The position numbers and the translations under genes were made by a program. The notes under the pieces are model-generated. The model saw only the letters and a list, made by a program, of their open reading frames with translations, was not told the origin of the DNA and did not search any database. From Pseudomonadota bacterium (GTDB taxonomy: Bacteria > Pseudomonadota > Alphaproteobacteria > Caulobacterales > Hyphomonadaceae), in NCBI GenBank assembly GCA_039815485.1, contig JBCBZD010000002.1, forward strand, positions 269,933 to 333,932: DNA of 64,000 nt, in the 5' to 3' direction. Positions 8,243 through 18,782 of the stretch are shown piece by piece (the first letter of the stretch is position 1; every line of letters starts with the position of its first letter).

Positions 8243-11033
8243 CTGATTTGGGGGCCTCGGGCGCCGGTACGGGATCAGGTGCGGGCGCTGTATCTGGGGT
8301 TGGCTTACCCGCTGTCTCCGCATTTGCGGCAGTACCTACAGAGGGGTCAGCCGCGTTCGCTGCAGCGGGCTTTTTCTTTTTGGGCTTACGTTTCTTTTTC
8401 GGCTTTGGCGGTTCAGGCGGCAGCAGCACTGCCAGCGCCGCGAATGGGCTATCCGGATCCGCCTTCTTCTCCACGGGGCGAGATCGCGGCCTTTGACCTG
8501 ATTTTCCGTTTTGAGGGCGATTGCCGCCCTTGCCTTTGAATTTGCCAGCCGGGCGCTGGCCCTCAGCGCGGGGTTTTCGCGGTGGGCGACTTTCGCGCCG
8601 CTTGCGCTGTTCTTCCTGAAATGCGCGCGACTGGAACCGCCACAGGGTGACCGCGCCGGTCTCCTTGTCTTTCTCGGCTGGCACCACGCCAAAGCCCTTA
8701 AGAACCGCGTGAAAATCATCCAGCGGGCAGGACACAATCGAAGCAAGCTCTGGTGGCACTTCAAAGGTCGCCTTGCCCGCTTCCTTGCGCCGTTTTGAAA
8801 GCTCCCACCCTAGGCGTTCGGCGAGATCGGCGCGGACCGCGCGCTTGCCAAAGCGCAGATATCCCTGCGCTGTCAGATCTTCGTCCAGCCACTCGCCATC
8901 CAGCTCGAAAGAGCCTGCGCCTTCCGGGGCGACGCGGCGGGTTCGGTCATCTGAGAGCGTTTGCAAAATTGCGATCAGGCGCTGCGCTGCGGGCTTCTGT
9001 GCATCCGGGATGTAGGCGGCAATTCGACCTGAGCGGATACCCGCCTCTTTCAGTTTTCCGCGCTCTTCTGGCCCGGGTTGCAGCGAACGATCTTCGTTGC
9101 GCAAATCTGCTGCCGCGCCGCCTTCCAGAAGCCGGAAGGCGAGCCCCCGTGCCAGCCCGTCCAGTCCGGCCTCATCCGGGCTGAACTTCAGCTTGAAATG
9201 CGTCGGCAGGCGTTTTTCAATCTCGGTGCCTAGCCATTCATTCAGCCGTGTTGTGGCCGCCTCTTGCTGATGCTGTTCGGCATTCTCGCCGCCAATCAGG
9301 CTGGCGCTTGGGGCCAGCCAATGCGGGCCTTGCGACAGGCGCGCGACGGCCATCCCGTTCCAGACAACCTGACCCTCACTATTGATATCAAGCGCGGCTT
9401 CAGGGGCCCCGGCAATCGCTTTCAAGCGTTCTGCAATAATCGGTTCAAGTGCCGTCATCGCGGCGCTGCGCAGCGTCCGCCCTTCAAGGGTTGAAGCATT
9501 GGTCTCTGGGGCAAAGGACAAGCCGACAAGCTTGCCGACCACATGGCCTTCAATCGTCACCTCGCCCGCTTCGGAAACTTCCGTCGTCAAAATATCTTCC
9601 CTTTTCAACCCTGCGATCAGGGCCGTCGTCCGTCGATCAACGAACCGCAAAGTCAGCGCCTCATGCAGTGCATCTGACAATCGATCCTCAATTGCCCGCG
9701 TTGTTTCGCGCCAAAGCTCGGGATTTTCAAGCCAGTCAGGCCTAAAAGCTGCGTAAGTCCAGGTTCGGATCATCGCGAGACGCTGTTGCAACAGGCCGAT
9801 ATCACCGATTGTATTGTCGAGCGCGGCAAGCCGCAGCGACATGGCATCATCGCCAAGTCTGGCATCCGGATCAGCCAGTGTGTCCGCTAGCCCCAGTACC
9901 AGACGCCCGTGCCCTTCATGACCTGATTTCCTGAAATCCGGCAGCCGGGCGAGATCCCACAGGCGCCTGATCTTGCGATGGCCGCGCACTTCCGGGCCGA
10001 TCCGGTCCTCCTCAGCCATGCGCCGCAGGATCCATTCATCAAGGCCATGCGGGTTCTGGCGCAAGACAGGCAAAGGCGATTTCCGCGCAAGACTCGCAAT
10101 CAGCGTTTTTATCGAGCGGTAATCGAGATCAGAGTTGCGCCACTGCAAATCGGCAACTTGCTCATAGCGGTGTTCTTCGATGGCGTGGATCAGGTCTTCT
10201 TCAAAGGGCGGGCAGTCATTGGTCTCGCCAAATTCACCATCATCGCGAAACCGTCCAGCCCGGCCGGCAATCTGTCCGCATTCGGAGGCACTCAGCCAGC
10301 GATGCCGGCGCCCGTCAAACTTCGCCCGCCCGGCAAAGGCAATGCGGTCCACATCCAGATTAAGGCCCATGCCGATCGCGTCTGTCGCAACCAGATAGTC
10401 GACCTCGCCGGACTGATAGAGCTCAACCTGCGCGTTGCGCGTGCGCGGGCTGAGGCCCCCCATCACCACCGCACTCCCGCCTTTCTGACGGCGCAAGACT
10501 TCAGCAATCGCATAGACCTTGTCTGCGCTGAAGGCGACAATTGCGGTTCGCTTTGGCAGTTTGGTAATCTTCTTTGGCCCGCCATAGCGCAGCTCTGAAA
10601 ACCGCTGGCGTGTGTCGGTCTCAAACTCGAAATCAAGCTCGCGCAGCACCTCGCGCATTGTCTCTGCGCCCAGCAGCAAAGTCTCTTCAGTGCCACGGGC
10701 GTTCAAAATGCGGTCTGTGAAGACATGCCCGCGCTCATCATCTTCGGCGAGTTGGATTTCATCAATCGCCAGAAACGCGACGCGTTGATCGACCGGCATT
10801 GATTCGACGGTACAGATCCAATAGCGCGCCTGATCCGGGACGATCCGTTCTTCGCCGGTGACCAGCGCCACCGCGCGCGGCCCCTTTGCCTTGACCACAC
10901 GGTCATAAACCTCCCGCGCGAGCAGGCGCAGCGGCAGGCCGATCATGCCCGTCGTATGCGCCATCATTCGCTCCAGCGCGTAATGCGTTTTTCCGGTATT
11001 TGTCGGGCCGAGAATGGCCTTCAGGATGGGCAT
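8235..11033 (-). CDS. SF2 helicase, Suv3/MgpS-like
   Basis: Walker A GPTNTGKT, DEIQ, ATDAIGMGLN, QIAGRAGR; basic low-complexity C-terminal tail. Start placed at MPILKA. Confidence 0.88.
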   Translation of the reverse strand: MPILKAILGPTNTGKTHYALERMMAHTTGMIGLPLRLLAREVYDRVVKAKGPRAVALVTGEERIVPDQARYWICTVESMPVDQRVAFLAIDEIQLAEDDERGHVFTDRILNARGTEETLLLGAETMREVLRELDFEFETDTRQRFSELRYGGPKKITKLPKRTAIVAFSADKVYAIAEVLRRQKGGSAVVMGGLSPRTRNAQVELYQSGEVDYLVATDAIGMGLNLDVDRIAFAGRAKFDGRRHRWLSASECGQIAGRAGRFRDDGEFGETNDCPPFEEDLIHAIEEHRYEQVADLQWRNSDLDYRSIKTLIASLARKSPLPVLRQNPHGLDEWILRRMAEEDRIGPEVRGHRKIRRLWDLARLPDFRKSGHEGHGRLVLGLADTLADPDARLGDDAMSLRLAALDNTIGDIGLLQQRLAMIRTWTYAAFRPDWLENPELWRETTRAIEDRLSDALHEALTLRFVDRRTTALIAGLKREDILTTEVSEAGEVTIEGHVVGKLVGLSFAPETNASTLEGRTLRSAAMTALEPIIAERLKAIAGAPEAALDINSEGQVVWNGMAVARLSQGPHWLAPSASLIGGENAEQHQQEAATTRLNEWLGTEIEKRLPTHFKLKFSPDEAGLDGLARGLAFRLLEGGAAADLRNEDRSLQPGPEERGKLKEAGIRSGRIAAYIPDAQKPAAQRLIAILQTLSDDRTRRVAPEGAGSFELDGEWLDEDLTAQGYLRFGKRAVRADLAERLGWELSKRRKEAGKATFEVPPELASIVSCPLDDFHAVLKGFGVVPAEKDKETGAVTLWRFQSRAFQEEQRKRRESRPPRKPRAEGQRPAGKFKGKGGNRPQNGKSGQRPRSRPVEKKADPDSPFAALAVLLPPEPPKPKKKRKPKKKKPAAANAADPSVGTAANAETAGKPTPDTAPAPDPVPAPEAPKSDA

Positions 11034-11034
11034 A

Positions 11035-12753
11035 CTACTCCTTTGACGGACACTTTGGCAGTGCGTCGAATTCCTGTCCTTCAAATTGCGTGACCCATTC
11101 GGCTGTCCGCGGCAAGGGGTCATATGTGCTTGCCTGATAGAGACGCAACTCGCGGCGCAGTGGGCAGCCATTGGAGCGCTGACCAAGATCGACCCCCACC
11201 AGACCGACAGGTGACCAGCGCTCGAAATCGGCCTGAATGCGCGGCCGCCGATTGGCGCGGTAGCTTGCTACCAGCACATTGCCGTCAATCTCGTCGGTCA
11301 GCGGTTCGGTCTCCGCAAAGGCCTTTATCCCGTCATTATAGCGCCAGAGAATAAGTGGGGCATCGATCCGATCGCGCAGATAATAGTCGAGCCCGTGCCA
11401 GATCTCCCGCTCATCAACGAGGATTGCAGATGGGCTGACCTTTTCGGCTTCCAGAACCAGCTGATTGGCAAGATCCTGCCAGCCGCGTGTGCGCTTGAAC
11501 GCATTGTCCAGTCCCATACTGGCAATCCAGCTCGGCGGGCCAAGCGCAAGGGTCGCAAAGACCAGAAACAAGATAGAATGGATCGCGATACCTGCCCAGA
11601 ACAGGCCAACGCTGCGCCACGCAAAAAGGGCGCCGAGGCCGAGAATGGTCGCGGCCGTTACAAGTCCAATCCCGAACCGGACAGGGGCGGTAAAGTCCGG
11701 CACGATCTGGATGATGAGTGCTGTAATCGCGGCAATGATCAGCCAGGTGCGCCGTCTCGTATTTAATCGCAGGAAGATACTTGCAATCAGCACGCTGGCG
11801 GCCGGATAGGCTGTTGCCGCCCAATTGGCATGCGCGCGCGATAGAACTGACTGAAACGCGATGATCACCAGAACCGGAACAATGAAACAAGCCAGCCATG
11901 TCTCTCGCGACGCGGCTTCTGACCGGGGTTTCGCGCGCACAAAGATCAACCCGGCGAGCAGCGTCAGGAAGCTCACCGGCCCGAAAATGCCCAACTGATC
12001 CGCCAGAAAATCAGGCAGGTTCTCCAGATTGAACAGATCGCCGCCCAAATTGGCATTGTCGACGGTATGACCAACGGTCTGAAAGCTGTTCGCCGCGTTC
12101 CAGACGAGATGAGGCGCGAGCAAGACAGCAGCCACGCCGATCACGGCCGCCCCTTTCAGGCTCAGCATGGCCTTGCGCGTTGGCGCGTCGAGCAGGGCTG
12201 TCAGCGCAATCCCGATGCCGAAATAAAGCATCGCATACTTTGACAAAAACCCGAGCCCGATTGCAGCGCCCAGCCCGATCACCGAGGCCCAGCCAGCTTG
12301 TCCCTCCCGCAGTCGCCAGAACAGATACAGCGCGGTGCACCAGAACGGAAACAGCACACCATCGGTGGAAATGATCACTGACGACAAGACAATGCCCGGC
12401 ATCACAAGATACGCAACGACAGTGATTAGGCCCGCCTGTGGCCCGAACATCTGGCGCGATAACAGCATCAGCATGGTCGCCGCGATTGTGTGCAGAATCG
12501 GCGCAAACAGCCGGATTGCCCACTCAGAATCGCCAAACATCGCCGTGCTCACATGGACAAGCCAGGCAATCATGGGCGGTTTTGAGTAATAGCCCCATTC
12601 CAGGGTCTCGCCCCATCGCCAGTATTGGGCTTCATCGGCATAAAGCTCGAGCGGTGAAGCGACCACCAAAATGAGCCGAAGCAGCAAGAGTCCTGAAATG
12701 ATTGCCAAAGATAGCCGGGTTGGCCCATCATCTGGCAGGCGAAATTGAATCAT
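11035..12753 (-). CDS. Polyprenyl-phosphate-dependent glycosyltransferase (ArnT/PMT_2-like)
   Basis: DEAQYW, GYYSKPP and FLSKY motifs; many TM segments. Confidence 0.85.
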   Translation of the reverse strand: MIQFRLPDDGPTRLSLAIISGLLLLRLILVVASPLELYADEAQYWRWGETLEWGYYSKPPMIAWLVHVSTAMFGDSEWAIRLFAPILHTIAATMLMLLSRQMFGPQAGLITVVAYLVMPGIVLSSVIISTDGVLFPFWCTALYLFWRLREGQAGWASVIGLGAAIGLGFLSKYAMLYFGIGIALTALLDAPTRKAMLSLKGAAVIGVAAVLLAPHLVWNAANSFQTVGHTVDNANLGGDLFNLENLPDFLADQLGIFGPVSFLTLLAGLIFVRAKPRSEAASRETWLACFIVPVLVIIAFQSVLSRAHANWAATAYPAASVLIASIFLRLNTRRRTWLIIAAITALIIQIVPDFTAPVRFGIGLVTAATILGLGALFAWRSVGLFWAGIAIHSILFLVFATLALGPPSWIASMGLDNAFKRTRGWQDLANQLVLEAEKVSPSAILVDEREIWHGLDYYLRDRIDAPLILWRYNDGIKAFAETEPLTDEIDGNVLVASYRANRRPRIQADFERWSPVGLVGVDLGQRSNGCPLRRELRLYQASTYDPLPRTAEWVTQFEGQEFDALPKCPSKE

Positions 12754-12862
12754 GGTTCAGGCCTTACAAACCAAGTCATGGCGAATAAAGCGTGTGACGC
12801 ATGTGTTGCTTATTTGCAATAACAACTAATCGAATACCGCGTGTCGTCGAACCGTCGCCCAA

Positions 12863-12880
12863 CTGTCACATAACTGTCAT
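12863..12880 (+). promoter_or_regulatory. Pho box (PhoB site) upstream of the TonB-dependent receptor
   Basis: CTGTCAC-ATAA-CTGTCAT with an 11-bp period. A weaker third half-site CCGTCGC lies at 12852. Confidence 0.8.
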
Positions 12881-12962
12881 GATTAACCAATAGACGCCGC
12901 CGCAGTAGTGTCTGGGGCTTTCTGCCCCTCCTGCATTTTATGAGAATTCGAGGGAAAAACTC

Positions 12963-15900
12963 ATGGCTAATTGGAAACTATATGGCGGTGTAGCGGCTGC
13001 GTCTCTGGCCACCGCGGCGCTCATTGCGCCGGCTCAGGCCCAGGTTACAACATCTAGCATTCGCGGTGCCGTTGCGAATGAGGATGGATCGCCGGTTGCA
13101 GGTGCAACAGCGATCATCACGCACACGCCATCTGGCACGGTCTCAACCGCTTTCACTAATGAAAGCGGTATTTTTTCATCACGCGGTCTGCGTGTTGGTG
13201 GCCCTTACACGGTTTCAATCAGCGGCGGTGAGTTTGCACCAAGAGAAATTACTGACATTTACATCGCGCTCGATGAAACCTTCCCTCTGAACATTGTGGT
13301 CCAGGGCGCGCGCACCATGGACACAGTTGTTGTGACCGCGTCTCAGACACAGTCAGGCTTTGCAAGCTCGGGCCTGTCGACAACACTCGGCATTGACGCC
13401 CTGAACGGCGTTGCGTCGATTGACCGCGACATCACAGACGCTGCCCAGCTCGACCCGTTCGCATCAGTCAACGTTCAGTCCGGCGGTTCGAAAGAGCTCT
13501 CGATTGCCGGTGCGAACAATCGCTTCAATTCTCTGACAGTTGATGGTGTTGCGCTGAATGACCGCTTCGGTCTGAACGCAAACGGCTTCCCGACACAGCG
13601 TTCACCGATCTCATTTGACGCGATCGAATCTCTGTCTGTTCAGGCTGCGCCGTTTGACGTTGAATTTAACGGCTTCACTGGCGGTAACGTCAATGCGGTG
13701 ACGAAATCCGGTACCAACGAATTCCATGGCTCAGTTTACTATTTCACAACTGACGATTCCATGGCTGGCGGCGATGGTGAGTTTGAAGAAGAAACCTACG
13801 GCTTCACGCTCGGCGGTCCAATCATCAAGGATAAGCTCTTCTTCTTCGCGTCATACGACAAATTCGAAGAAACTGCGCGTTTGAACACAGGCCCTGTCGG
13901 TTCAGGTGCGACGAACGAAATTGCCGGTTTCACACAAGCCGACGCAGACGAAATTCGCCAGACAGTTCTCGACACTTACGGCTTTGATGTTGGCGGCTTC
14001 GACAAGGCCCCTGTGGAAGACGAAAAAATTCTCGCGAATATCGACTGGAACATCACCAACGATCATCGTGCGAAGTTCACTTACCTCAGAACTGACGGTT
14101 CAAGCATTAATGAGCAGAACGGTAACAACTTTGTTCAGGGTGCTGATGTTGCCTTCTCATCATCATGGTATGAGCGTTCGGAAACCATTGAATCTTACAT
14201 TGGTCACTTGTTCTCAGACTGGACACCTAATTTCTCAACTGAGTTCAAAATTGCTTTCACTGAGCAGGCGACCGGCCAGAACAGCTTGAACGGCGCCGAA
14301 TTCTTCCTCGGTTCAGTACCAACTACAAGTAGCGGCGAGATCGTCGCCTTTGGTCCAGACCGCTTCCGTCACGGGAACGAGCTTGATCAGGAATTCTTCG
14401 ACCTGAAATTCAAGGCTGAATACATCGTAGGCGACCATACTCTGAAAGCAGGTTATGAGCGTCAGGAAATCGACGTAAACAACCTGTTTGCGCAGAACTC
14501 TGAAGGCACGTTCGGCTTCAGAAGTGTCGAAGAGCTTGGCAATGCACTCGCGTTTGAGATTGACTACGACAACGCGATCACCAATGACGAGAATGACCTG
14601 CGGGCGATCTGGGGTTTCAACATCAACTCGATCTACCTTCAGGACACATACGAATTCTTGCCGAACCTGACGTTTGACCTCGGTCTGCGCTATGACTGGT
14701 ACGAAACCGAAGGGGACATTCGTCAGAATGATAACTTCCAGGAGCGTAATGGCTTCTCCAACACTGGCGACGTCGATGGGCTGGATGTTATCTTGCCGCG
14801 CTTCTCATTCGATTATCAGGCAACCGATGATATTACAGTCCGCGGTGGATTTGGCCGCTTCTCCGGTGGTTCACCAGGTGTCTGGGTTTCAAACAACTAC
14901 TCGAATGACGGTGTGATCAATGATGACGCCGATGCTGAGTGGGATGGTTCCGATCCGGCAACTCTGCTTGCCGTTCCGACCACGCCAGACCCAGTAACCG
15001 GTCAGTGGGTTCCACAGGCGCAGCTTGATGCTCTGGCCAACACGGCGCCAAACGGTTCTGTGAACGCCCTCGACCCGGATTTCGACATTCCAACAACCTG
15101 GAAAGCGAACCTGGGTGTCGCGGTAAATGCCGACGTGCCGTATCTTGGCGATGACTGGTTGTTCAGCGCAGACGTGCTCTACAATAAGTTGGAAAATGCC
15201 AATTACTGGTATCTCGCTTCATGTGAGGATCCGGTTGATGTCGCGCCGGATGGCCGCGGTGTCTATGATTGTGGCTTCCCTGAAGATCTCGTCCTCGGCA
15301 GCGTCGATAAAGGACACTCGCTCCTTTGGGCTGTCTCCGCGAACAAAGAATGGGAAACAGGGTTTGGTGATTTCGACCTGTTCACCAGCTATACCTATGC
15401 TGACGTTGAGGATATCGGCTACGGCACGTCTTCAACAGCGACCTCAAACTACTCTGACTCTGCACGGTTTGATCTGCAGCAGCCACGGACCGGCACGTCG
15501 AACTTCCAGGTTGAGCATCTCTTCAAGCTCCGTCTGGACTGGGAAAAGGCCTTCTTCGGCGACTACGCAACACGGGCAACTCTGTTCGGTGAGCGTCGCA
15601 CAGGACAGCCATACAGCTACACCTTCTCAGAGAACAACGCATGTGTGTTCGATGTTGGCGGCGGTCGCTGTGCCCGTGAGAGCCGTGTCGATGATGCCGG
15701 TCACCTGCTTTACGTTCCATCAGGTCCAAACGATCCGCTATTCTCAGCTGACTCATTCGGCGGCGATGCGGCTGAACAGCAGGCTTTCTTCGACTATATC
15801 AACAGTTCTGAGCTGTCTCAGTATGCAGGCGGTATCGCAGAGCGCAATGGCGACAACTCACGCTGGTCAACAGTTGTAGATCTGCGTCTGCAGCAGGAAT

Positions 15901-16151
15901 TGCCAGGCTTCCTTGAGAGCCACCGGACCTTCCTGTTCGTCGACGTTGAGAACCTGGGCAACCTGATCGACGAAGACTGGGGCCGTGTCGAGCGGACCCG
16001 CTACGAGTATGAGCGCGATGTTGTTTCTGCGGAAATCGTTGACGGCCAGTTCGTCTATGACAACCTGCAGGACCCGGACAGCATCAACAATATCGAAGTT
16101 CTGAACCAGTCTTTCTGGCAGATCCAGCTCGGTGTTAAGTACGAATTCTAA
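12963..16151 (+). CDS. TonB-dependent receptor with N-terminal carboxypeptidase-regulatory-like domain (Oar type)
   Basis: Signal peptide, plug motifs (NSLTVDG, NAVTKSGTN), C-terminal QLGVKYEF. Confidence 0.93.
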   Translation: MANWKLYGGVAAASLATAALIAPAQAQVTTSSIRGAVANEDGSPVAGATAIITHTPSGTVSTAFTNESGIFSSRGLRVGGPYTVSISGGEFAPREITDIYIALDETFPLNIVVQGARTMDTVVVTASQTQSGFASSGLSTTLGIDALNGVASIDRDITDAAQLDPFASVNVQSGGSKELSIAGANNRFNSLTVDGVALNDRFGLNANGFPTQRSPISFDAIESLSVQAAPFDVEFNGFTGGNVNAVTKSGTNEFHGSVYYFTTDDSMAGGDGEFEEETYGFTLGGPIIKDKLFFFASYDKFEETARLNTGPVGSGATNEIAGFTQADADEIRQTVLDTYGFDVGGFDKAPVEDEKILANIDWNITNDHRAKFTYLRTDGSSINEQNGNNFVQGADVAFSSSWYERSETIESYIGHLFSDWTPNFSTEFKIAFTEQATGQNSLNGAEFFLGSVPTTSSGEIVAFGPDRFRHGNELDQEFFDLKFKAEYIVGDHTLKAGYERQEIDVNNLFAQNSEGTFGFRSVEELGNALAFEIDYDNAITNDENDLRAIWGFNINSIYLQDTYEFLPNLTFDLGLRYDWYETEGDIRQNDNFQERNGFSNTGDVDGLDVILPRFSFDYQATDDITVRGGFGRFSGGSPGVWVSNNYSNDGVINDDADAEWDGSDPATLLAVPTTPDPVTGQWVPQAQLDALANTAPNGSVNALDPDFDIPTTWKANLGVAVNADVPYLGDDWLFSADVLYNKLENANYWYLASCEDPVDVAPDGRGVYDCGFPEDLVLGSVDKGHSLLWAVSANKEWETGFGDFDLFTSYTYADVEDIGYGTSSTATSNYSDSARFDLQQPRTGTSNFQVEHLFKLRLDWEKAFFGDYATRATLFGERRTGQPYSYTFSENNACVFDVGGGRCARESRVDDAGHLLYVPSGPNDPLFSADSFGGDAAEQQAFFDYINSSELSQYAGGIAERNGDNSRWSTVVDLRLQQELPGFLESHRTFLFVDVENLGNLIDEDWGRVERTRYEYERDVVSAEIVDGQFVYDNLQDPDSINNIEVLNQSFWQIQLGVKYEF

Positions 16152-16172
16152 GCGATTTAGACTTCTGTTTCG

Positions 16173-16204
16173 AAAGGGCGGCTCAGATTGGGCCGCCCTT
16201 TTTT
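16173..16204 (+). terminator. Intrinsic terminator of the TBDR gene
   Basis: AAAGGGCGGCUC-agauu-GGGCCGCCCUUUUUU. Confidence 0.9.
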
Positions 16205-16241
16205 ATTGGTCTTCGGGCCGGTATGTGGCATGGGCCGCGCG

Positions 16242-17255
16242 ATGACCGCCCCGCTGATCACTGTGCCACCGGAATGGACAGAGCAAGCCGCCCTATGGGT
16301 TGGCTGGCCGCACCTGCGCGAGGAATGGGGCAACGCGTTCGAAGCCGCGCGCGCGGAGATCGCGGTGTTCATCGAAACAGTCAGCAAAGCGGTTCCGGTC
16401 AAGGTCGCCTGCGGTTCAGACGAGGCTTCTGCGAGCGCCGAACGCGCCTTGCGAGATTGCCAGGACCGCGCCGTCTTACACCGCATCCCAACCGGCGATA
16501 TCTGGCTGCGCGATACCGGTCCTGTCTTTGTTGAAATAGGCACAGGCCGGTCAGCGCTCTGTTTTCAGTTCAATGGCTGGGGTGGTAAATTTGTCATGCC
16601 GGGTGATACCGAAACCGCGTCTGCAATCGCCGCAGCTGAACAGGTGAAAGCCACTCGCCATGACGTCATCCTCGAAGGCGGCGCGGTCGATTTCGATGGC
16701 GCAGGCCAGGTGCTCACAACCCGTCAATGCCTGCTCAACCCGAACCGAAATCCCCGATGGACCGAAGCCATTGCCGAGGCCGCCTTGCAAAGGGCTTTCG
16801 GCGTCTCGCAGGTGATCTGGCTTGATCAGGGGCTGCGCGGCGATCACACCGATGGTCATGTCGACAATCTCGCTCGCTTAATTGCACCAGGCCAAGTAGT
16901 TTGTCAGATGGCGTCCGGCACGGATGACCCAAACAAAGAGCGATACGACGCGTGCTATGACAGCCTGCTCAAGGCCGGGCTCGCCGTGACACGCATTCCG
17001 TCGCCTGGCCGGATTGAAGATGCAGACGGCCAGGTCGCAGCGGCCAGCCATATGAATTTTGTTATCACCAATGGCCTGGTGATCCTGCCCACCTATGAGG
17101 ATGTGTTCAGCCTCCGCGCGGTCGAGGCGCTTGAGCCACTCTTCCCAGCGCATGAGATTGTCCCGCTTCCCGCCCGCGCAATTCTTGCCGGCGGCGGCAG
17201 TTTTCATTGTATGACCCGAGAGGTTCCAAAGTTTCCAACCCGGAGAACGGCATGA
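16242..17255 (+). CDS. aguA: Agmatine deiminase
   Basis: DIWLRDTGP, EGG, DHTDGHVD and GGGSFHCMT motifs. Start placed at MTAPL. Confidence 0.9.
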   Translation: MTAPLITVPPEWTEQAALWVGWPHLREEWGNAFEAARAEIAVFIETVSKAVPVKVACGSDEASASAERALRDCQDRAVLHRIPTGDIWLRDTGPVFVEIGTGRSALCFQFNGWGGKFVMPGDTETASAIAAAEQVKATRHDVILEGGAVDFDGAGQVLTTRQCLLNPNRNPRWTEAIAEAALQRAFGVSQVIWLDQGLRGDHTDGHVDNLARLIAPGQVVCQMASGTDDPNKERYDACYDSLLKAGLAVTRIPSPGRIEDADGQVAAASHMNFVITNGLVILPTYEDVFSLRAVEALEPLFPAHEIVPLPARAILAGGGSFHCMTREVPKFPTRRTA

Positions 17256-18094
17256 CCCGACAGATCATAGTTGCTGCCGTGCAGCTCGCCTTCGAGGACG
17301 ATATGCAGGCCAATATCGCCTCTGTGGCACTTCGTATTGCAGAAGCAGCCGCGAAAGGCGCAGGCATCGCTGTGCTGCCTGAACTCTTCTGCGCGCCCTA
17401 TTTCTGCAAGACGCAGGATGAGCGCCATTTTACCACCGCATATCCGGCCGCAGAACATCCGGCGGTCACAGCGCTTGCACCGCTCGCGGCCAAGTATGAC
17501 ATCGTCATTCCAGTCTCGATCTTCGAGAAGGACGGCCCGCATTACTATAATAGCGTCGTCATGCTGGATGCAGATGGCACGATCCTCGGCACCTATCGCA
17601 AAAGCCACATCCCGGATGGGCCAGGTTATCAGGAGAAATTCTACTTCCGGCCCGGTAATACCGGCTTCAAGGTCTGGCAGACACTAAAGGGCCGTATCGG
17701 GGTTGGGATCTGCTGGGATCAGTGGTTTCCAGAGGCCGCGCGCGCCATGGCGCTTCAGGGGGCGGACCTGCTGCTTTATCCAACCGCGATCGGCGCAGAG
17801 CCTCAAGATCCGGGCCTTGATACTGCCGCGCGTTGGCGCCGTGCGATGCAGGGCCACGCGGTGAGCAATGTCATCCCCGTCGCGGCGGCCAATCGTATTG
17901 GCGATGAGGCGGGACAGATCTTCTATGGTACCAGTTTTATTGCTGATCATACCGGGGAGGTTGCAGCAGAGCTTGGCCGAACGGAGCAGGGTGTCATCAC
18001 CGCCGCATTCAATCTCGATGACATAGAGCGGGACCGCGCAGCATGGGGCTTCTTTCGCGATCGACGGCCCGACTTATATACAGATCTGACGTAA
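17252..18094 (+). CDS. aguB: N-carbamoylputrescine amidase
   Basis: Nitrilase fold: LPELF, YRKSHIPDGPGYQEK, ICWDQWFPE. ATGA overlap with aguA. Confidence 0.93.
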   Translation: MTRQIIVAAVQLAFEDDMQANIASVALRIAEAAAKGAGIAVLPELFCAPYFCKTQDERHFTTAYPAAEHPAVTALAPLAAKYDIVIPVSIFEKDGPHYYNSVVMLDADGTILGTYRKSHIPDGPGYQEKFYFRPGNTGFKVWQTLKGRIGVGICWDQWFPEAARAMALQGADLLLYPTAIGAEPQDPGLDTAARWRRAMQGHAVSNVIPVAAANRIGDEAGQIFYGTSFIADHTGEVAAELGRTEQGVITAAFNLDDIERDRAAWGFFRDRRPDLYTDLT

Positions 18095-18152
18095 CCGCAC
18101 CTGCGGTGAAAAATCAGGTGCATAGATTTGACGATTGGGTTAGCGACACATC

Positions 18153-18779
18153 ATGTTTGAACTCTCTGGACTGTCCGCTTACCCGGCGACTGTATTGCTG
18201 ATCGCCGCGAATATCGCGGCCAGCTTCTATGCCTTCTCGAACCCGGCCTTCATGAACAAGAACCTGTTTCACGTCGGTCCGATCCTGCAGGGGCGGGAAT
18301 GGTCCCGTGTGTTCACCAGCGGGTTTCTGCATGGCGGCATGCTTCACCTGTTTGTGAACATGTACGTGCTCTGGGGCTTTGGCCGGGCGATCGAGAGCTT
18401 GCTCGGGTCGCCGCGCTATCTCATCATCTATTTCGCCTCGCTTGCTGGCGGCAGCTTATGGTCACTGTTGGAAAACAAGGACAAGCCGGACTATCGCGCG
18501 CTTGGGGCATCCGGTGCAACTTCCGGCATCATTCTCAGTGTCTGTCTGTTCTTGCCCTTCACCATGCTCGGCTTCTTCTTCATTCCGATGCCTGCAGTTG
18601 TTTTCGCAATCCTGTTCATTGTCGTCAGCGCGGTTCTGGCGCAGCGTGAGAACAAGGTGATTGCGCACGAAGCCCATCTCGGCGGCGCATTGGCCGGTAT
18701 TCTCGCGACCATCGCGGTGGAGCCACGTGCGCTTCAAGCCTTCTCGACACAAGTCTCACAAGCGCTTGGGGGCGGTTAA
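18153..18779 (+). CDS. Rhomboid intramembrane serine protease
   Basis: HLFVNM, GASG (catalytic Ser) and AHLGG motifs. Confidence 0.9.
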   Translation: MFELSGLSAYPATVLLIAANIAASFYAFSNPAFMNKNLFHVGPILQGREWSRVFTSGFLHGGMLHLFVNMYVLWGFGRAIESLLGSPRYLIIYFASLAGGSLWSLLENKDKPDYRALGASGATSGIILSVCLFLPFTMLGFFFIPMPAVVFAILFIVVSAVLAQRENKVIAHEAHLGGALAGILATIAVEPRALQAFSTQVSQALGGG

Positions 18780-18782
18780 GGC

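Noticed and set aside
8235-8600. Low-complexity Lys/Pro/Ala tail of the helicase as a separate gene or repeat element
   Set aside because: In frame with the helicase; basic disordered tails are usual for this family.
11034-11186. N-terminal extension of the helicase ORF; similar extensions on carD, purQ, nadD, rsfS, murF and torF
   Set aside because: They overlap neighbouring genes or promoters; family motifs begin at the downstream starts.
16242-18094. aguAB as part of a novel TBDR-linked uptake system
   Set aside because: A strong terminator separates them from the TBDR gene; aguAB is a standard putrescine pathway.
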